Positions 57,201 through 63,324 of a stretch of DNA of 63,324 nucleotides are shown piece after piece. Source of the DNA: Octopus bimaculoides. Its lineage: Eukaryota. The translations under genes and the position numbers were made by a program. Where the stretch lies: positions 17,137,711-17,201,034 of the forward strand of contig NC_069004.1 of the NCBI RefSeq assembly GCF_001194135.2, read 5' to 3'. Each line of letters opens with the position of its first letter. Within the stretch, counting starts at the first letter, position 1. Under the pieces are notes generated by a model that saw only the letters and a list, made by a program, of their open reading frames with translations, ran no database searches and was not told the origin of the DNA.

Positions 57201-60107
57201 TGTCCAGCTTTTTGTGTTCTGAGTTCTTGGTTGGTAAAGTTACTCCTTCATCTGGTCCTTGGGTGCTTCAAGTAGAGTCTAATGCAAGCGTTCAGCCCAT
57301 GTCTCCAATTTGGGGATAACATGCTCCTACCAGTCTCACAGAACCACCAGAATAACAGGGATACAATTGTTACCCTCCCCCACCTAACTATAGCTGTAAA
57401 AAAAATATTAAAAAAAAAAGACTCAAACAGGTACAGGTGTGACTGTGGTAAGAAGTTTGCATTCTAGCCATGCAGTCTTGGATTCAGTCCCACTGCATAG
57501 CACCCTGGGTAAGTATCTTCTACTATAGCCCTGAACTGACCAAAGTGACCCAAACCTTGTGAGTAGATTTGGTGGGCAAAAGCTGAAAGAAGCTGGTTTT
57601 TTGTGTGTGTATGTATGCATATACTATGTTTGTGTTTGTCCTTCATCACCAATGTTGGTTTCATTTTGTCCCCATAGCTTAGCAGTTTGGCAAAAGGGAC
57701 TGATAGCATAAGTACCAGGTTTAAAAAAGTAAGTGCTGGGGTTGATTCATTCAAATAAAAATTTGGCAAGGCAGTGCCTTGTATATATAGATCTGCTGAG
57801 CGAGACATGTCGCACGATTTGCAAACAACAGATTGGACTGTGCAGATAGAGAGTGGTAGCCAAGAGATTGGAAAAGGCAACTGAGAAGGGGTCTCTACAG
57901 TGATAGGAAGACAAATTAGTAAAATAATTTGGGCCAAGATGGCTGAGAATGGTGCGATCAAGAAAGAATTGGAAACACATTGTGACCAATAATGTATAAG
58001 AACTTCTGATAGTTTAGTCAATACAGGTGAAAAATCCTTTAATCTTTTACTTGTTTCAATCCCTTCGCTGAAACTGTTCGCCTTGTGCCTAAATTTGAAA
58101 CCAGCATTATACAGACTTCAGTATTATATATACATCAATATTATACATGCATCAGTATTATATATCTGTCAACTACTAACTGGAATAAATTAAAACTCAT
58201 TAAAATTAAATATTTCCAGAAAGGAAATCAAAGAGGTCAGTGGTGGGAGGAGGGGTTTAAATTGAAATTCATTATTTCAGTCATTCGTCTATGGCCATGC
58301 TGGGGCACTGCTTTGAAAGGTTTAGCTCAACAAATCAACCCCAGGAATACTTACTTTTAAGCCTGATACTTATTCAAGTGGTTTCGTTTTGCCAAACTAC
58401 TAGATTACAGAGAGGTAAACAAACCAACTTTGGTTGTCAAGCAGTGATGGGACACAAACTCAAAGGTACACAGTTGTTTACATATCCAAGGTGAACATAA
58501 AATCTGGAGACAGGTGAAAATGCTTATTTTCAATAATTCTATTCAACAACATCAATGAATAACACTTTCAACAATGGGTTTATCCAAGACACTGTGTGTT
58601 TTATCTTTCATCTTTTTACTTGTTTCAGTCATTAGACTGTGGCCAAGCTGGGGCACCACCTTAAAGAATGTTTAGTCGAATGAACTGACCCCAGAACTTA
58701 TTCTCTTCTTTAAGCTTGATACTTTTATTTGTCACTTTTGCCAATTTGCTAAGTTACAGGAAACACACCAGCACTGGTTGTCAAGTAGTGGTGGGGGACA
58801 AACACACACACATACATATGTATGTATATACAACATGCTTCTTTCAGTGGTGTCTGTCTACCAAATCCACTCACAAGGCTTTAGTCAGCTCAAGACAATT
58901 ACCCAAAGTTTCATGAAGTGGGACTGAATTAGGAACCATGTGATTGGGAATCAAGCTTGTTACCATACAGTCACATCCTAGAAGAGAGGAAAGTTCTAGA
59001 AAGTCAGGAGGCATGAGATGAATATATTTATTTCACCAGTTGATATCCATAAGATTATGATCTCCATTACACTCCTCTGTATTGGTTTACTCTGTGGTTT
59101 ATAACCTGGTCCACTGGAGAAGCTTTTTTGTGATTACCACTGGATTAGATAAATCCATATATTGCACCTTAAATTTTGATTACACACACACACAAGCACA
59201 AAACAAGGTGGAAAAAATAGTACTCAAATACCAAAGGTAGAGTAATATACTTTTTGTTAAAGCTGCAGAAAGTTTTCATCACAACTGTCCAACGAATAGG
59301 CTCTCACAGCCTCTTCTACAGCAACTACAATGGCCTCTTCACCTCTGAATTTGCCATATATGTTCCCACCTCTAATTACACAATCTTTAAAATGAAGGAC
59401 ATGTATAATGTGACCATTTGTACATCTGTCTCGGAAAAGGTTTTGAGGCCATGAATAGGATACCTTTCATAATATGCCACTTGTGTGGAATGTATTTAGT
59501 CAGTGCTGATGCAATGTTGTACAATGAAGTACTCCTTGATCAATTGTTATATAGAATCTGTTGATTCACTATAAAGTGCTACAACTCCATCCAATGTTGT
59601 AAGGTACTGCTTGAAATAATATTGTGAAGTCCTCGACAATCCCATCTTAGGAAGAATTTCCTTTAATGTGGAGTTCTGAGATATATTTTAATCCAGTAGA
59701 ATATGCATGTGATACGTGTATCAATCTGGTATTGTAAAATAATCCTTTTAGTTTGGCATTGTGTGGATATTAGCATTCCATAATCCAGTTGTGAGACATG
59801 ATTTTCACTGATTCTTCTTCTCCAGCTTCTGTCTTCTGAATTTTTGGTATTTTGGTGACAAATACTGTGTTAAACTCACCAAAATATACATGGATAACTC
59901 TATTATGGACAAGAGCATGTTTGCTAAACAATCTTTTTCACATTATTTTCTAAAAATATAATCAAACATTTTATGAATATGAACTGAAAATTTCATACAA
60001 AATCAGTGAATCCTTACAATAAAAAAGGTGAGAGAAGAAGGGTCAAAGCAGGGATAAGAAAGAGAAAAAAGGCAAGTGAATTTCCAGGACCTCAAAAAAT
60101 TGTTACT

Positions 60108-61115
60108 TTATCTTTCCTTCCCCATTACTGGATCAATAGTGAGTAAACCACATGCAATCAGTTTGTTAATCTTTTTGCGGATTTCTGGATCTTTCATATA
60201 CATTGCCATAGAGTTTGGATTATTTTGCATGTCATAAAGTATTTTGCTTATTTCTGGTTCACTTAGAATCGCTCTCAATTCAGGGTTTCTCTGTATACGT
60301 CTTTGGACAACCTCTGGTGCAGTTGTGTCCAGTCCAGCTTCTTCAGAACTGATCTTGTATCCTTTTAAAGCTTCCTCACAGTTACTGTCAATATCTAAGG
60401 CCTTTTCATATTCTAGATGGGCTTTTGAAAAGGCCCTCATCTTCTGAAATAGCTTGCCCTTGATAAGATAGGCTTGAATGTATGTAGGATCAATCCTAGA
60501 ACAGGATTCTGCATCTTGCAATGATAGTGTATACTCTTGCATCTTCAGGTAGCAGAGAGCTCGGTTGTAATGTCGTCTGACATCGTTAGGACTTCTCTTA
60601 ATTGCCTCAGTATAATGATTGAGAGCGTTGTTGTAATCTTTCTCTTTGAAACACTGGTTTCCCTTTTGATTTTCTTCTTCAGAAATATCAAAATTGATGT
60701 AAGCATTTTTACGTTGTTCTTCTAGGTCCAGTTCCATCTTCTGAGCAATTTTTATCACTGCAGGATTTCTGTCTTCTATAATGGAATAGTCATAAAACTT
60801 CAGGGAATTCTCTAAATCGTTCAGTTTTTCATATGCTTTAGCCAAACGGTAATATGTTTTTGCTAAAGTTTTTCTTTCAACTTTATTTTTGGGGTCCAGC
60901 TTCAAAGCATTTGTACAGAGTTCTACACATTCCTGGTATTTTCCTTGATCAAGAAACACTGCTGCCTTGTTATTAATTACTGTTATATTATTAGGATCAT
61001 ACTCCAAAGCAATCTCGTAATGTTTCAGGGCTTTGTTAAAATTCTTTGCCTTGTATTCATCATTACCTTTAATTTTTTCTTCTTCACACAATCTGCTCTG
61101 TTCTTTGTTATCCAT
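60108..61115 (-). CDS. STIP1: Intronless STIP1/HOP-like co-chaperone, TPR2A-TPR2B-DP2 only (335 aa); probable retrogene
   Basis: Uninterrupted ORF aligning without gaps over TPR2A-TPR2B to human STIP1 from about residue 216 (EKxxGNDxYK, AYIN, YTEAIKR, DP2-like tail). acaATGg start with an in-frame TGA 2 codons upstream. Paralogue rather than orthologue. Confidence 0.9.
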   Translation of the reverse strand: MDNKEQSRLCEEEKIKGNDEYKAKNFNKALKHYEIALEYDPNNITVINNKAAVFLDQGKYQECVELCTNALKLDPKNKVERKTLAKTYYRLAKAYEKLNDLENSLKFYDYSIIEDRNPAVIKIAQKMELDLEEQRKNAYINFDISEEENQKGNQCFKEKDYNNALNHYTEAIKRSPNDVRRHYNRALCYLKMQEYTLSLQDAESCSRIDPTYIQAYLIKGKLFQKMRAFSKAHLEYEKALDIDSNCEEALKGYKISSEEAGLDTTAPEVVQRRIQRNPELRAILSEPEISKILYDMQNNPNSMAMYMKDPEIRKKINKLIACGLLTIDPVMGKER

Positions 61116-62886
61116 TGTTCAGAGATGAAAGGTTTTCCTCCAAATTAAACAAACTCAAACGAATATAAGAGTCATTGGAAGGTTATTCCAATAAAAATTT
61201 ACAACTGAAGTCAGTCTGTGAAGAAACATATAATATATTTATCACTTTGAAGACATTAAGTAAAATATTTTGCTTTTAACAGATGAAGATGACTGTTAGT
61301 GAGTTGCGTTGAATTTTTGGTGTGAAAAACACCTCAATAACTCCAGCAGAATAATTTAACAACCAATCAACAAAATTATTTCATTCACTAGTTGGTTTAT
61401 GATATAGCTAGATAGCTAGATAATATAGCTAATATAGCTAATATAGCTAATATAGCTAGATAGCATTAATGACTGCAAACTGCAGCCTGCAGCAGACCGG
61501 GGGATCAATGAAACACACAATATGTTGCTATGACAAGGTTAAGTCCACGTAATGAGATTTCTCTAGATTGATGTTGAGTAAAAGAAGGAAATAGGGTTGA
61601 GTGTGGGCAGATTAGTGAAATCCACAATTAGGCTAATAGCATTTAATATGCCAGGGATTTAACTTAATTACAATACTTCAATAGTATACACAATTCAGTA
61701 TTGTACATTATTCACTAATATACATACTTCAATATTATACACACTTCAAAGGCAGCGAGCTGATGGAATTGTTAGTATACTGGGTAAAATGCTCAATGGC
61801 GTTTCATCTTAGTTCAAATTTCACCAAAGTCAACTTTGCCTTTCATCCTTTTGAGGTCAACAATAGAGTACCAGTTGAGCACTGGGGTGAATACCACTCT
61901 TGGATACCACTCAGTAACTGCACAGACTCACCTGTTGTGTGCGAATCTTGTGACATGTCTGGCCCAGCAGAATTATATATAGTCTGGTGTAGTCTTGGGC
62001 CTGGCCAGCTCATGTCAAACTGTCCTACCCATGCCAGCATGAAAAACATACATTAAACGATGGTGATGATGATACACACACACACACACACACCATATTC
62101 ACACATCTTAATATATCTTTTATCATTTACTTGTTTCAATCATTGGACTGCAGCCATGTTGGGGTCACGCTCTGAAGGGTTTTAGTTGAATGACTCGACC
62201 CCCAGTACTATTTTTTAAAGCCTGGTACTTATTCTCTTGGTCTCTTTTGCCAAACGACTAAGCTGTGGGGATGTAAATTGCTGGTCCTGTGCCAAAATTT
62301 GAAGCCAATATTATACACACTGCAGTATTATACATACTTCAATAGTATACATACTTTGCCTGGGTTTATCCAAGACACTGTGTGTTTTATCTTTCATCTT
62401 TTTACTTGTTTCAGTCATTAGACTGTGGCCAAGCTGGGGCACCACCTTAAAGAATGTTTAGTCGAATGAACTGACCCCAGTATTTATTTTTCTTTAAGCC
62501 TGGTACTTATTCTACTGGTCTCTTTTGCTGAACTGCTAAGTTACAGGAACATGAACATACCAACACTGGTTATCAAGTGGTGGGTGGGGTGGGGTTTGGT
62601 GAGGGGGTCAAACACACAGATGTATACATACGTCACGAGGGGGAGGGGGAGCGCTAAGCGGTGATAAGTGAAATTGCAATGTTATTATCAGTCCAAATAT
62701 ACTTGATGCACATTTGAACTGGGGAACAAGCTACTTACTGTCTCTTTGTCACAGACAGTATATCTACCTTGACTGTGAGATGTTAGCATTTCACAGTAGT
62801 TACCTCCTCATTGGTCACAGACACTAAGCAGACAACACCGAGCTGAATTAAGAGATTATCTTTCTTATGCTTTTCCAGTCACTGTA

Positions 62887-62971
62887 CGATGACTGTCAGC
62901 GCTACACGATGACTGTCAGCGCTACACGATGACTGTCAGCGCTACACGATGACTGTCAGCGCTACACGATG
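62887..62971. repeat. Perfect 20-bp tandem repeat (cgatgactgtcagcgctaca) x4.25
   Basis: read directly. Confidence 0.95.
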
Positions 62972-63324
62972 GCTCACTGTAAGTAAATTATGGAAGGGGA
63001 GCACTAAGCAGTGGTAAGTGGAATTGCTATGTTATTATCAGTCTGAATAAGCATGATGCATGTTCAAACTGGGGAACAAGCTACTCACTGTGTTTTGTCA
63101 TGGATAATATATCTTGCTTGTTGACAAATGAGGTGTATATACCTAAATCATCTCGCAGTGCCATCTACCTAGACTGTGAGATGTTAACATTTTGGAGTAT
63201 AGTCTGGTGTAGTCTTGGGCCTGTCCAGCTCATGTCAAACTGTCCTACCCATGCCAGCATGAAAAACATACATTAAACGATGGTGATGATGATACACACA
63301 CACACACACACCATATTCACACAT

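Noticed and set aside
59240-59880. Possible decayed coding sequence downstream of the STIP1-like gene (VKIMSHNWIMEC, BRCT-like; RGEEAIVVAVEEAVRAYS)
   Set aside because: Fragments lie in different frames with stops and I cannot assign a family; the motif match is too short
62887-62971. Possible CRISPR array
   Set aside because: Head-to-tail repeats with no spacers, eukaryotic context, no cas genes

Overview
AT-rich, microsatellite- and repeat-dense animal genomic DNA with assembly gaps. The repeat families (tRNA-derived SINEs, RTE LINE tails) point to an octopus (inference). Most of the window (631-51244, + strand) is the 3' part of a multi-exon IBTK gene (RCC1 repeats, two BTB domains, BACK-like region, disordered tail). 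I resolve 18 GT-AG exons. Their phases chain correctly except at one junction, where an exon is missing, probably inside an N gap. The 5' exons lie upstream of the window. The introns hold decayed mariner, Tc1, Gypsy, RTE and Penelope elements and many SINEs. At 60108-61115 (- strand) is an intact, intronless 335-aa STIP1/HOP-derived ORF containing only TPR2A-TPR2B-DP2. Its Hsp90-binding clamp is fully conserved, while all three basic residues of the Hsp70-binding TPR2B clamp are replaced. This is the strongest candidate for something new. Other oddities: a CCA-tailed tRNA-Leu fragment that looks reverse-transcribed from mature tRNA, a duplicated IBTK splice acceptor enclosed by long inverted repeats, several long hairpins, and exact duplications around the STIP1-like gene. 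The long X-containing ORFs are gap artefacts.
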